28,583 bases of DNA from Myxococcales bacterium (GCA_038320275.1 JBBQEB010000030.1:1-28583), one strand, 5' to 3'; positions 1 through 9,629 are shown, numbered from the stretch's first letter. The notes: generated from the letters alone by a model not told the origin. Translations and numbers: made by a program.

Positions 1-12
1 AGCGACGCGCAC

Positions 13-1713
13 ATGTTCGGTCCTCAGAACGTCCTCAGCTGGGCCACCTTCCTGCCGCTCGCCGGCGCGGTGGCCATCATCGCCCTCTCCGCGGTCGGCT
101 ACTTCGCCCGCCTGCCGAAGCGCACAGTGAACCAGGGCGCCCGCGGCATCGCCATGGTGGCGAGCGGGCTCTCCATGCTGGCCGCCATCATGGCGTGGAT
201 CTGGTTCGACGCGCACGCGCCCGGCCTCGCCATCGCCGGTAAGGAGACGGGCGTCCAGCTGGTGCAGAAGGCGATCTGGATCCGGGCCTTCAACGTGGAG
301 TGGTTCGTCGGGGTGGACGGCCTCTCCATCTCGATGGTGCTCCTCTCCGGCCTCATCTCCTTCGTCGCCACCATCGCCTCCATGCCCTGGTGGTCGGGCG
401 ACAAGGACCGCGAGCTGGCGGGCATGCAGGAGGACGGCGACGGGCACGGGCACGCGCATGGCGGCCACGGCGACGACGCTGCCCACCCGAAGCACTTCTC
501 GGTGCGGATGGTGCCCGGCTACATGGTGATGCTGCTGATTCTCCAGACCGGGATGATGGGCACCTTCGTCGCCCTGGACATGTTCCTCTTCTACGTCTTC
601 TGGGAGGTCATGCTCCTGCCGATGTACTTCCTCATCGGCATCTGGGGAGGTCCGCGGAAGGAGTACGCGGCCATCAAGTTCTTCCTCTACACGCTCGCGG
701 GCTCCGTGCTGATGCTCCTCGCGATCATCGGCATCTACTACAACAGCGCCAGCGCGGCGCTGGTGGACGGCACCACCGCCCAGCACACCTTCAACCTGCT
801 CGAGCTCGCCGCCCAGGGGCACGCAGGCCAGTTCGCCTCGGCCGTGCCCATCCTCGGCTTCGAGTTCACCAAGATCGTCTTCGTCGCCTTCTTCCTCGGG
901 TTCGCGGTGAAGATCCCGATGTTCCCCTTCCACACCTGGCTGCCCGACGCGCACGTCGAGGCCCCCACGCCCATCTCCGTCATCCTGGCGGGCGTGCTCC
1001 TCAAGATGGGCATCTACGGCATCCTGCGGTTCAACTTCGGCATCCTGCCCGACGCCACCCGCTGGGCCGCCAACGCCATCGCGGTGTTCGGCGTCATCAA
1101 CATCATCTACGCAGCCTTCATCTGCCTCGCGCAGAAGGACCTCAAGAAGCTCATCGCCTACTCCTCCGTCTCGCACATGGGCTTCTCGCTGCTCGGCATG
1201 GCGGCGCTCACCCCCACGGCCATCTCCGGCGCGGTGCTGAACCTCTTCACCCACGGCCTCATCAGCCCGATGCTGTTCCTCATCGTGGGCGTGATCTACG
1301 ACCGCGCGCACCACCGCGAGATCGCCCGCTTCGGCGGCCTCGCGCAAGCGCTGCCTGAGTACACCTCGATCATGGGGCTCGCCTTCTTCGCCTCGCTGGG
1401 CCTGCCCGGGCTGGCCGGCTTCGTCTCCGAGTTCATGGTGTTCTCCGGGGCGTTCCCGGTGTTCACGACCTACACCATCATCTCCGCGACGAGCGTCATC
1501 CTCACCGCCGCGTACTACCTCTGGGCCATCCACCGCATGTTCCTCGGCAAGCTCAACGAGGCCTACCGCGGCTTCCCCGACCTCAACTGGCGCGAGCGCA
1601 TCATGCTGTACCCCCTCGCCGCCGGGACCATCCTCCTCGGCTTCTACCCGCAGGCGATCCTCGGGACGATCAACGGGACGCTCCACTCGCTCGTGCAGAG
1701 CATCCGGCTGTAG
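13..1713 (+). CDS. nuoM: NADH-quinone oxidoreductase subunit M
   Basis: Polytopic membrane protein with NuoM motifs GVDGLS, FYVFWEVMLLPMYFLIGIWG, VKIPMFPFHTWLPDAHVEAP, LLKMGIYG, KKLIAYSSVSHMG and LGLPGLAGFVSEF. Directly upstream of nuoN. Confidence 0.97.
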   Translation: MFGPQNVLSWATFLPLAGAVAIIALSAVGYFARLPKRTVNQGARGIAMVASGLSMLAAIMAWIWFDAHAPGLAIAGKETGVQLVQKAIWIRAFNVEWFVGVDGLSISMVLLSGLISFVATIASMPWWSGDKDRELAGMQEDGDGHGHAHGGHGDDAAHPKHFSVRMVPGYMVMLLILQTGMMGTFVALDMFLFYVFWEVMLLPMYFLIGIWGGPRKEYAAIKFFLYTLAGSVLMLLAIIGIYYNSASAALVDGTTAQHTFNLLELAAQGHAGQFASAVPILGFEFTKIVFVAFFLGFAVKIPMFPFHTWLPDAHVEAPTPISVILAGVLLKMGIYGILRFNFGILPDATRWAANAIAVFGVINIIYAAFICLAQKDLKKLIAYSSVSHMGFSLLGMAALTPTAISGAVLNLFTHGLISPMLFLIVGVIYDRAHHREIARFGGLAQALPEYTSIMGLAFFASLGLPGLAGFVSEFMVFSGAFPVFTTYTIISATSVILTAAYYLWAIHRMFLGKLNEAYRGFPDLNWRERIMLYPLAAGTILLGFYPQAILGTINGTLHSLVQSIRL

Positions 1714-1723
1714 GGCGGCGACG

Positions 1724-3262
1724 ATGGAACAGCTCATCGACAACAACCTCGCGAGCGTTGCCTGGTTCAGGCCGGAGCTCGCCCTCACCTTCGGCGCCAT
1801 CGCCGTCTTCCTGCTCGACCTCGTCTGGCGGCTGTCGGCGGCGCGAAGGTCGCTCCTCACCGGCGCGACACTGGTCGTGCTCGGCATCGCGGCGGCGCTC
1901 CTGGCGGGCCAGCCCGCGGAGAGCGCCGCGCTCTTCAACGGGATGATCGCGAGCGACGGGTTCGCCACCTTCTTCAAGTGGCTCTTCCTGGCGGCCGCGG
2001 CGCTCACGACGCTCATCGTCGCGCAGGGCAGCGACTTCCCCGGCCCGCGCGTGGGCGAGTTCTACGCGCTGCTCCTCTCCATCGTGCTCGGCATGTTCCT
2101 CATGGCGAGCGCGACGAACCTCGTCACCCTCTACCTCTCCATCGAGCTCGTCTCGATGGTGAGCTACGTGCTCGCTGGGTACAAGCGGCACGACCGCAGG
2201 GCCGCGGAGGCGGCGCTGAAGTACGTCATCTTCGGCTCGGTCGCGTCGGGCGTGATGCTCTTCGGGATGAGCTACCTGTACGGCCTCCTGGGCACCGCCA
2301 ACGTGCTCGAGTTCAGCGCGCGGATCGCCGAGCTCGGCCCGGCCGGCGGAGCCAGCGCGGCCGCCACCAAGCTCGCCCTGGTGGTTGCGCTCGTCTTCGT
2401 CTCCTCCGGGATCGGCTACAAGATCGCGAGCGTCCCCTGGCACATGTGGTGCCCGGACGTGTACGAGGGCGCGCCGACCTCCTTCACCGCCTTCCTCTCG
2501 GTGGGGCCCAAGGCTGCGGGCTTCGCCCTCGCCCTGCGCTTCTTCTACGGCGCCTTCGCGGGGCCCCTCGGCGCGGACGGCCTCGGCGTCGCCCTCTCCG
2601 GCATTCCCTGGCCCGCCATCGTGGGCGTGCTCTCCGTCGTGACCATGACGCTCGGCAACTTCACCGCGCTCGGCCAGACCAACCTGAAGCGGCTCCTGGC
2701 CTACTCGTCGATCGCGCACGCCGGCTACATGCTCATGGGCCTGGTCGCGGTCTCGACGCTCGGGATCCAGGGCATCATGATCTACATGCTCGTGTACGTG
2801 GTGATGAACCTGGGAGCGTTCCTGGTCGTCATCGTCGTCGCCCAGGCCACCGGCTCGGAGAGCATCCAAGATTACCAGGGGCTCGCGCGACGGCATCCGC
2901 TGGCGGCGATCGCGTTCGCCATCTTCCTCTTCTCGCTCACCGGGCTGCCGCCGTTCGCGGGCTTCACCGGCAAGTGGTACCTCTTCTACGCCATCATCGA
3001 GCGGGCGGCGGGGCCCGACGGCTTCTGGTACGGCGTCCTGGCGCTCATCGCGGCGCTCAACACGGCGGTCTCGCTCTTCTACTACGCGCGCATCATCCGG
3101 GCGATGTTCCTCGACGCCCCGCGGACCGATGCGCTGGTGGAGCCTAAGGTCGGCTACCAGGTGATGCTGGGCGCCTTCTCCGCGGCCATCCTGGTGTTCG
3201 GCATCTGGTGGGCGCCCATCGTCGAGTGGTCAGGGCGGTCTCTCACCATGCTGCGCGGCTGA
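1724..3262 (+). CDS. nuoN: NADH-quinone oxidoreductase subunit N
   Basis: Motifs IELVS, EAALKYVIFG, GYKIASVPWHMWCPDVYEGAPT, GPKAAGF, NLKRLLAYSSIAHAGY and GLPPFAGFTGKW. Starts 10 nt after nuoM. Confidence 0.97.
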   Translation: MEQLIDNNLASVAWFRPELALTFGAIAVFLLDLVWRLSAARRSLLTGATLVVLGIAAALLAGQPAESAALFNGMIASDGFATFFKWLFLAAAALTTLIVAQGSDFPGPRVGEFYALLLSIVLGMFLMASATNLVTLYLSIELVSMVSYVLAGYKRHDRRAAEAALKYVIFGSVASGVMLFGMSYLYGLLGTANVLEFSARIAELGPAGGASAAATKLALVVALVFVSSGIGYKIASVPWHMWCPDVYEGAPTSFTAFLSVGPKAAGFALALRFFYGAFAGPLGADGLGVALSGIPWPAIVGVLSVVTMTLGNFTALGQTNLKRLLAYSSIAHAGYMLMGLVAVSTLGIQGIMIYMLVYVVMNLGAFLVVIVVAQATGSESIQDYQGLARRHPLAAIAFAIFLFSLTGLPPFAGFTGKWYLFYAIIERAAGPDGFWYGVLALIAALNTAVSLFYYARIIRAMFLDAPRTDALVEPKVGYQVMLGAFSAAILVFGIWWAPIVEWSGRSLTMLRG

Positions 3263-3276
3263 CCGCGCGGCGTCCT

Positions 3277-4122
3277 CTATCCCCGCCGGGCCTCGAGCCG
3301 CTCGAGCTCCGGCGGGGACATGGTGACGTCGCCGAAGTGCCTGTCCGGCGCGACCTCCTCGCCGTGGTAGTCCGACCCGGCGGTCGGCACGAGATCGAGG
3401 TCCCGCGCCATGGCGAGGAACTTCTCGCGCAGGGAGGGCGGGTGGTCGGCGTGGTGCACCTCGATGCCGCAGAGGCCCCACCCGGCGAGCCGCGCCACGT
3501 CCACGCGCTCGAGCTTGTTGACGCCCGGGTGCGCCACGGTGGCCGTCCCTCCCGCCCCGCGCACCAGCGCGATGGCCTCCTCCGCGGCGAGCCGGTAGCG
3601 GCCCACGTACGCTGGACGGCCCTCCGCCAGGAAGCGGTCGAAGGCCTCCTTCACGCTCGCGACGAGGTTCCGCTCCAGGAGCGCGCGGGCGATGTGCGGC
3701 CGCGCCAGCGTCTTCCCACCGCTGAACTTCTCGACCTCCCCGGCGGAGAGCGTGATGCCGAGAGCCGAGAGCCGCTCCAGGATGCCGTTCATGCGGGTGC
3801 GGCGCTTCTCGGCGAGTAGATCCTCGAAGCGGCGCAGGGGGCCGCTCTCCGGATCGACGAAGTGCCCGAGGACGTGAATCTCCTTGCGCTCGAGGGTCAC
3901 CGACAGCTCGATGCCTGGCACGAAGCGCATGCCGTGCTGGGCCGCTGCCGTCGCTGCCACGCCCAGCGCTGCCACCGAATCGTGGTCGGTGAGCGCCCAC
4001 ACGCTCACCCCGGCCGCCGCGGCGCGTCGCGCCACCTCCGCTGCCGGGTGCTGACCGTCCGAAGCGGTCGAGTGCGAATGGAGATCGATGAACGTCCCTC
4101 TGCCGGCGATTAGGGATCCCAC
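3277..4122 (-). CDS. PHP-domain metal-dependent phosphoesterase (YciV/TrpH-like)
   Basis: Motifs DLHSHSTASDG, LTDHD, GIELS, IHVLG, RPHIA, AHPG and GSDYHG. GTG start; exact start uncertain. Confidence 0.92.
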   Translation of the reverse strand: MGSLIAGRGTFIDLHSHSTASDGQHPAAEVARRAAAAGVSVWALTDHDSVAALGVAATAAAQHGMRFVPGIELSVTLERKEIHVLGHFVDPESGPLRRFEDLLAEKRRTRMNGILERLSALGITLSAGEVEKFSGGKTLARPHIARALLERNLVASVKEAFDRFLAEGRPAYVGRYRLAAEEAIALVRGAGGTATVAHPGVNKLERVDVARLAGWGLCGIEVHHADHPPSLREKFLAMARDLDLVPTAGSDYHGEEVAPDRHFGDVTMSPPELERLEARRG

Positions 4123-4176
4123 GCGGGCAATCTAACCCTTTCCGCCGCCGCCCGGCAGGCGGCGCACGGGCGCTCC

Positions 4177-4656
4177 ATGCAGCACGTCCTGCGCATCTCG
4201 CGGAAGATCGACTACGGGCTCCGGGCGATGATCTACCTCGCGTCGATCCCTGCGACGTCGATCGTCCCGTTTCGCGAGATCGCGCACAGGATGATGGTGC
4301 CGGAGGACTTCCTCGCGAAGATCCTGAAGACCCTGGTGGACGGCGGCCTGGTCCGCTCGTCCCGCGGGCCGCACGGCGGCTACGCGCTGGCGCGCCCTGC
4401 GAGCGAGGTGAGCTTCCTTCAGGTCATCGAGGCGGTCGAGGGGCCCATCGCCATCAACGTCTGCCTCGACGGCGAGGATCCGTGCGCCAAGTCGAGCTTC
4501 TGCACCATGGCCGACGTGTGGCGCCGCGGTCAGGAGAGGATGCTGGAGGTGTACCGCGAGGCGCTGCTCTCCGACCTCGTACTCCAGCCCGACGCCCAAG
4601 GAGAGGTGGGCTTCGTGCATCTCGCCGGCCCCGCCGCCGACGCGCGCGGTGGTTGA
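4177..4656 (+). CDS. Rrf2-family transcriptional regulator, probably Fe-S binding (IscR/NsrR-like)
   Basis: DYGLRAMIYLA, winged-helix segment FLAKILKTLV..GLVRSSRGPHGGYALARP, VIEAVEG, and three Cys in VCLDGEDPCAKSSFC. Confidence 0.93.
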   Translation: MQHVLRISRKIDYGLRAMIYLASIPATSIVPFREIAHRMMVPEDFLAKILKTLVDGGLVRSSRGPHGGYALARPASEVSFLQVIEAVEGPIAINVCLDGEDPCAKSSFCTMADVWRRGQERMLEVYREALLSDLVLQPDAQGEVGFVHLAGPAADARGG

Positions 4657-4681
4657 CGGTCGAAGCCCCCGTCACGGCGCG

Positions 4682-4710
4682 TTGACCTGCTCCGGCCGCG
4701 CGGCTAGCTT
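4682..4710 (+). promoter_or_regulatory. Sigma70-type promoter for the DHS-like/agmatinase operon
   Basis: TTGACC (4682-4687), a 17-nt spacer, then TAGCTT (4705-4710). The ATG follows 9 nt later and no Shine-Dalgarno sequence is visible. Confidence 0.65.
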
Positions 4711-4719
4711 CGCGCTTCC

Positions 4720-5895
4720 ATGGCGCCCAAGACCCCCAAGCAGCTTCGCAAGGCCTACCTGTCCCGCCCACCGGTGGAGCCGATGCGGCTCCGCCCCGGA
4801 ATGAGCGTCGTCGATCTGGTGGACGTGTACCGGCGCGCGGGCGCCTTCAACGGAGGGCGGCTGGCGGAGGCCTGCGACCTCTTCGGCCGCATGATCGACT
4901 CCGGGGCCACCATCGCCCTCACCGTCACCGGCGCCATGACCCCGGCCGGCATGGGCGGCGCATTCCAGGCCATGATCGAGGCAGGCTTCGTCGATCTCAT
5001 CATCTCGACCGGCGCGAACGTCTACCACGACCTTCACTTCGCGTTGAAGCTGCCGGTGGTGCAGGGCCACTTCCAGGTGGACGACAAGGAGCTCTACCGC
5101 GCCGGCATCGAGCGCATCTACGACGTCTTCATCACCGAGGACTCCCTCCTCGACACCGATGCGTTCGTTCGCGAGGCGCTGGAGAAGGCGCCCGAGACGC
5201 TGAGGGGACACATCTCCACCCCGCGGCTGCACCACTACCTGGGTGAGCTCGTCCGGCAGCACACGAAGCGGCCAGAGGCGAGCTTCGTCGCCACCGCGGC
5301 GGAGTACGACGTGCCCATCTTCACCTCCTCGCCGGGCGACTCCTCCATCGGCATGAACGTGGCGGCGATGAAGCTGCGCGGCGGGCAGACCACCATCGAC
5401 CCCGACCTCGACGTGCTGGAGTCCACCGCCATCGTGTTCGACGCGAAGGTGAACGGCGTCGTCATCCTGGGCGGCGGCTCCCCCAAGAACTTCTACCTCC
5501 AGACGCAGCCCACCCTCTGGCAGATCCTCGACCTGAACCGCGGGGGCCACGAGTACGTGTTGCAGATCTCCACCGACTCGCCGCAGTGGGGCGGGCTCTC
5601 CGGCGCGACGCCCTCGGAGGCGATCAGCTGGGGCAAGGTGCAGGCCGAGGGGCTCAAGAATCACGTGGTGCTCTACTCCGACTCCACCGTGGCGGCGCCG
5701 ATCGTCTTCGCCCACGCGCTCTCGACGCAGAAGAAGCGCAAGCCGAAGCGGCTCTTCCGCCGCCTGCCCGAGATGATGGCGGCGCTGCAGCGCGCACACG
5801 CGAAGAAGCACCCCGGCTCGGGCGCCATGCCGGAAGTGAAGGACGCCGCCAGGACGAAGACCGTGGTCCCCGGCCGCGGCCTCCCGAGAGGCTGA
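4720..5895 (+). CDS. Deoxyhypusine synthase-like protein (probable homospermidine-pathway aminobutyltransferase, SpeY-like)
   Basis: Motifs TGAMTPAG, IISTGAN, GIERIYDVFI, DSSIG, LGGGSPKNF and GGLSGATPSEAISWGKV (catalytic Lys retained). Adjacent to a ureohydrolase gene. Confidence 0.9.
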   Translation: MAPKTPKQLRKAYLSRPPVEPMRLRPGMSVVDLVDVYRRAGAFNGGRLAEACDLFGRMIDSGATIALTVTGAMTPAGMGGAFQAMIEAGFVDLIISTGANVYHDLHFALKLPVVQGHFQVDDKELYRAGIERIYDVFITEDSLLDTDAFVREALEKAPETLRGHISTPRLHHYLGELVRQHTKRPEASFVATAAEYDVPIFTSSPGDSSIGMNVAAMKLRGGQTTIDPDLDVLESTAIVFDAKVNGVVILGGGSPKNFYLQTQPTLWQILDLNRGGHEYVLQISTDSPQWGGLSGATPSEAISWGKVQAEGLKNHVVLYSDSTVAAPIVFAHALSTQKKRKPKRLFRRLPEMMAALQRAHAKKHPGSGAMPEVKDAARTKTVVPGRGLPRG

Positions 5896-5897
5896 GG

Positions 5898-6926
5898 ATG
5901 GGTCCGGCGGTGTTTGATCCCTCCGCGGCTGCGCGGCCGGGCTCCGGCGTCTTCGGCCTGCCCCACTCGGAAGAGGAGGCGGAGGTGGTTCTGGTCCCGG
6001 TGCCGTTCGAGGCCACCACCTCGTACGGCGGCGGCGCGTCCAGGGGCCCGGAAGCCGTCCTCCGGGCGAGCCGTCAGGTGGACCTGTTCGACGTGGAGAC
6101 CGGGCGGCCCTACCTCGCCGGGATCCACATGCTGCCCCTCCCGGAGCACGTGCAGGCGCTCGACGCGCGCGCGCGCGCGGACGCCGCGCTCGTGATCGAG
6201 GCGGGTGGCGTCGGCGAGGGGAATCTGGAGCTCGCCGCCGCGGCGCGGCGGGTGAATGCGGCCTCCGAGAGCGTGGACGCATGGGTGGACGGGGAGGTGA
6301 GCCGCCTCCTCGCCGCCGGCAAGAGGGTGGGCGTGGTGGGCGGGGACCACTCGGTGGCCTTCGGCAGCATCGCTGCGCACGCCCGGGTCCACCCTGGATT
6401 GGGCATCCTCCACCTCGACGCGCACGCGGACTTGAGGAGCGCCTACGAGGGATTCGACCGCAGCCACGCGTCCATCCTCCGCAACGTGATGGAGCGGATC
6501 CCTGGCGTCGCGCGGCTGGTCCAGGTGGGGCTTCGCGACGTGTCGGACGAGGAGTGGAATTACATCGAGGGCTCGAGAGGCAGGATCGCGGCGCACCACG
6601 ACGCGCTCCTCGCCGCGGCGCGCTTCGAGGGAGAGACGTGGGCCGCGCAGGTGCAGCGGATCGTCGAGCCCCTGCCCGAGGACGTGTACCTCACCTTCGA
6701 CGTCGACGGGCTCGACCCCACGCTCTGCCCGCACACCGGCACGCCCGTTCCGGGCGGGCTCTCCTTCCAGGAGGCCTGCGCGCTCATCGGTGGGGTGGTG
6801 AAGAGTGGCCGCCGCATCCGGGGGTTCGACCTGGTCGAGGTCGCGCCGGGCGAGGCGGGCGACTGGGACGGCAACGTGGGCGCGCGGCTGCTCTACAAGA
6901 TGATCGGGTGGGCGCTGCAGCGCTGA
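5898..6926 (+). CDS. speB: Agmatinase / ureohydrolase family protein
   Basis: Motifs VPFEATTSYGGG..GP, GGDHS, HLDAHADL, SHAS, TFDVDGLDP..CPHTGTPVPGGL and DLVEV. Start taken as ATG 5898, 2 nt after the upstream stop; the longer ORF from 5586 overlaps the previous gene. Confidence 0.9.
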   Translation: MGPAVFDPSAAARPGSGVFGLPHSEEEAEVVLVPVPFEATTSYGGGASRGPEAVLRASRQVDLFDVETGRPYLAGIHMLPLPEHVQALDARARADAALVIEAGGVGEGNLELAAAARRVNAASESVDAWVDGEVSRLLAAGKRVGVVGGDHSVAFGSIAAHARVHPGLGILHLDAHADLRSAYEGFDRSHASILRNVMERIPGVARLVQVGLRDVSDEEWNYIEGSRGRIAAHHDALLAAARFEGETWAAQVQRIVEPLPEDVYLTFDVDGLDPTLCPHTGTPVPGGLSFQEACALIGGVVKSGRRIRGFDLVEVAPGEAGDWDGNVGARLLYKMIGWALQR

Positions 6927-6954
6927 ACGGCTCAGCCTGGAGACCTCTCGCCGA

Positions 6955-7470
6955 TCACCGGCGACGCGGCGTACCCACTCCACCGGTCGCGCGGGGAGGC
7001 TCCGTGCGCCGGCGCGGCGAGCCCGCCTCCCGCACCAGGGCGACGGCATCGCTCCTCGACGGATCGATGTTCACCGGGCCGAGGTGGATGGGGCGGCCCC
7101 AGGCCGCGATCGCCGAGACCACCACCCACAACCCGACCGCCGCCTTGGCCCCGCCGAAGAGCGCGCCCAGGCCGCGGTCCGCACCACTGCCCGAGAGGTG
7201 GCGGACGCGGGTGCCGAGGAGCAGGACCTTCACGAGGACCCCCGCGGCGAGGCCGCACCCCACGAAGGCCAGCACGGTGGCCGTCGGCGCAGCCGCGAAG
7301 GCCGGGAGCCTCGTCCGGAGGCTGGGGACGAGCTCGGGCGCGAGCCAGCGGGCGCCCGCCCAGCCCGCCACCGCGGCGACCAGCCGCCCGAGCTGCACCA
7401 GCGCGCCCGTGATCGCTCCCCAGGCGGCGGCCGCGACGAGGGCCACCAGGAGCACCTGGTCCAGCGTCAT
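6955..7470 (-). CDS. CvpA (colicin V production) family membrane protein
   Basis: MTLDQVLL..AAAWGAITGALVQL, about four hydrophobic segments, and ADRGLGALFGGAK. The ATG at 7470 overlaps the J-domain stop as ATGA. Confidence 0.8.
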   Translation of the reverse strand: MTLDQVLLVALVAAAAWGAITGALVQLGRLVAAVAGWAGARWLAPELVPSLRTRLPAFAAAPTATVLAFVGCGLAAGVLVKVLLLGTRVRHLSGSGADRGLGALFGGAKAAVGLWVVVSAIAAWGRPIHLGPVNIDPSRSDAVALVREAGSPRRRTEPPRATGGVGTPRRR

Positions 7471-8021
7471 CGGATCTTGTAGGGGTCGAGCTTCGGCTTC
7501 TCCCTCTCGACCCCCGCCAGCGCCTCCAGGTAGCGGGCGTTCGCGGGCTCGTACATGAGCGCCGTCTTCAGCGCGCGCCTGGCGGCGTCCCACCGCTGCG
7601 ACGCGATCTCCTCGAGGGCGCTCGCGTAGAGCTTCCGGCCGTTGGGCGTCGTGCCGAGGACTTCCTCCGCCTTCCTCTTCAGCTCCTCCTTGACCGCGGT
7701 CTCCTCCACCTCGGTGAAGCGGAGCTTGGCAGCCCGCTCCGGCCCGGCGACGTCTGCTGCGTAGCGCTGTCTCCGGACGTCATCGCGGAGCACCGTGTAC
7801 GCCTCGTTGACGCGCCGGTAGACCCGCCCGATGAGCGCCCTCAGCTCCTTCGACGAGAGCGCGGCGTAGCGGTCGGGATGGTAGGCGCGCGACTCGCGGT
7901 AGTAGGCGGCCTTGATGTCGGCAGGCCCCGCGCCCGGCGCCACCCCCAGCACCTGGAAATAATCCATCGCGTCGAGCCTCTCCGCCCGCGCTTCCACCAG
8001 CCGGATGAACTCGATGTCCAT
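7467..8021 (-). CDS. J-domain co-chaperone with a C-terminal TPR-like helix pair
   Basis: DYFQVLGV..IKAAYY..YHPDRY..VNEAYTVLRD..RQRY (HPD motif intact). The C-terminus WDAARRALKTALMYEPAN looks TPR-like. Confidence 0.9.
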   Translation of the reverse strand: MDIEFIRLVEARAERLDAMDYFQVLGVAPGAGPADIKAAYYRESRAYHPDRYAALSSKELRALIGRVYRRVNEAYTVLRDDVRRQRYAADVAGPERAAKLRFTEVEETAVKEELKRKAEEVLGTTPNGRKLYASALEEIASQRWDAARRALKTALMYEPANARYLEALAGVEREKPKLDPYKIR

Positions 8022-8027
8022 CGTCCG

Positions 8028-9629
8028 TCAGGCCGCGCGGTGACCCGCGAGAGCGAGGTCCGCATTGTTCGCGCGCGCAGCCTGGATGTCGCTCTCGGTG
8101 AGCCCGGAGGACAGGCGCAGGGTGGTGGAGGCGCTCTGGCCGGACTCCATGTCCGTGGCCGAGACGTTCACGATGCCGTCGGAGTCGATCTCGAAGGTGA
8201 CCTCGATGGACACCTCCCCCCGCGACGCCACCCTGAAGCCCGTGAACTCGAACTCGCCCAAAAGCTCGCAGCCGTCCGCCCGATTCGACTCGCCCTGGTA
8301 GACGAGGATGCGGACGCGCTCCTGCCCGTCGCGGCTGGTCGTGAAGTTCTTCGACTTCTCGATGGGGATGGGGGTGTTCTTGTCGATGATGCGCTCGGTG
8401 AAGCCGCCCACCGTCCCCACCCGCAGCGAGAGCGGCGTCACGTCGAGGAGGTAGCTCGCCTGCCCGTCCGCGGGGGCGGCGGCGTTGGTCAGCACGGCCG
8501 CCTGGATGCTCGCGCCCAGCGCGACCACCTGATCGGGGTCGATGCCGGCCATGGGCTCCTTCTGGAAGTAGTGGCGCACGCTGTCGCGCACGACCGGGAG
8601 CCGGGTGGGGCCACCCACCAGGATGACCGCATCCATGTCCGCCGCGGTGAGGCGCGCCGACTGGAGCGCCTCGTCGCAGACCTTGAAGGTCCGCTGCACG
8701 AGGTCCATCACCATCCGGTCGAACGCCTCCATGTGCAGCCGCTGCCGGAGCTCCAGGACCTGGCCCTCCGGCGTCTGGCAGATGCCCGGGACGAGGATGT
8801 CGGCCACGCCGTGCCGCCCCACCTCGATCTTGGCCCCCTCCGAGGCCGCCTTGAGCATCTGCAGGCAGAACTTGTTCTCGCGAAGGTCGAGGCCGTGGTC
8901 GCGGAGAAAGCCCTCGGCGAGCCAGCTCATGATGCGGTCGTCGAAGTCATCGCCGCCGAGGTAGGTGTCCCCGGCGGTCGCGAGCACCTCGAACACGTCT
9001 CGCCCGATCTCCAGGATGGAGACGTCGAAGGTGCCGCCGCCCAGGTCGTAGATGCAGATCTTCTGGTGAACGTCGCGGCCAAAGCCGTAGGCGAGCGCGG
9101 CGGCGGTGGGCTCGTTCAAGATCCGGAGCACCTCCAGCCCGGCGATCCGCCCCGCGTCGCGGGTGGCCTGGCGCTGGTTATCGTTGAAGTACGCCGGGCA
9201 GGTGACCACCGCCTTCGTGATCTCCCGCCCGAGGGCCGTCTCGGCGATGGAGCGCATCTCCTTGAGGACGAGGGCGGAGATCTCCGGCACGGCGAGGGTG
9301 CGCTCGCCCACGCGGATGCGGACGCCGTTCCCGGGCCCCTCCACGATGGTGTACGGCATCACCGCCTGCGCCTTCTTCACCTCGTCGGAGAAGTAGAAGC
9401 GGCCGATGAGCCGCTTGGCGGAGTACACGGTACTCTCCGCGTTGGTGATGATGTTCTTCTTCGCGTTGTTGCCGACGAGCACCGTTCCTTCGGGCAGGAA
9501 GCTCACCACGGACGCGTGGTTGTGCTCGCCCCATTCGTTGGCGATCACCTGGGGCCGCCCGTCCAGGACGGCCGCGACGCAGCTGTAGCTCGTGCCGAGG
9601 TCGATGCCGACGGCGATGTCGTCGCTCAT
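8028..9629 (-). CDS. Hsp70/DnaK family chaperone, 533 aa, lacking most of the C-terminal lid
   Basis: Motifs GIDLGTSYS, KRLIG, AVVTCPAYFNDNQRQAT, NEPTAAALAYG, DLGGGTFDVS, LGGDDFD, LVGGPTRLP, LLDVTPLSL and EVTFEIDSDGIVNVSA. True start is ATG 9629 (MSDDIAVG). A paralogue rather than the canonical dnaK. Confidence 0.93.
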   Translation of the reverse strand: MSDDIAVGIDLGTSYSCVAAVLDGRPQVIANEWGEHNHASVVSFLPEGTVLVGNNAKKNIITNAESTVYSAKRLIGRFYFSDEVKKAQAVMPYTIVEGPGNGVRIRVGERTLAVPEISALVLKEMRSIAETALGREITKAVVTCPAYFNDNQRQATRDAGRIAGLEVLRILNEPTAAALAYGFGRDVHQKICIYDLGGGTFDVSILEIGRDVFEVLATAGDTYLGGDDFDDRIMSWLAEGFLRDHGLDLRENKFCLQMLKAASEGAKIEVGRHGVADILVPGICQTPEGQVLELRQRLHMEAFDRMVMDLVQRTFKVCDEALQSARLTAADMDAVILVGGPTRLPVVRDSVRHYFQKEPMAGIDPDQVVALGASIQAAVLTNAAAPADGQASYLLDVTPLSLRVGTVGGFTERIIDKNTPIPIEKSKNFTTSRDGQERVRILVYQGESNRADGCELLGEFEFTGFRVASRGEVSIEVTFEIDSDGIVNVSATDMESGQSASTTLRLSSGLTESDIQAARANNADLALAGHRAA

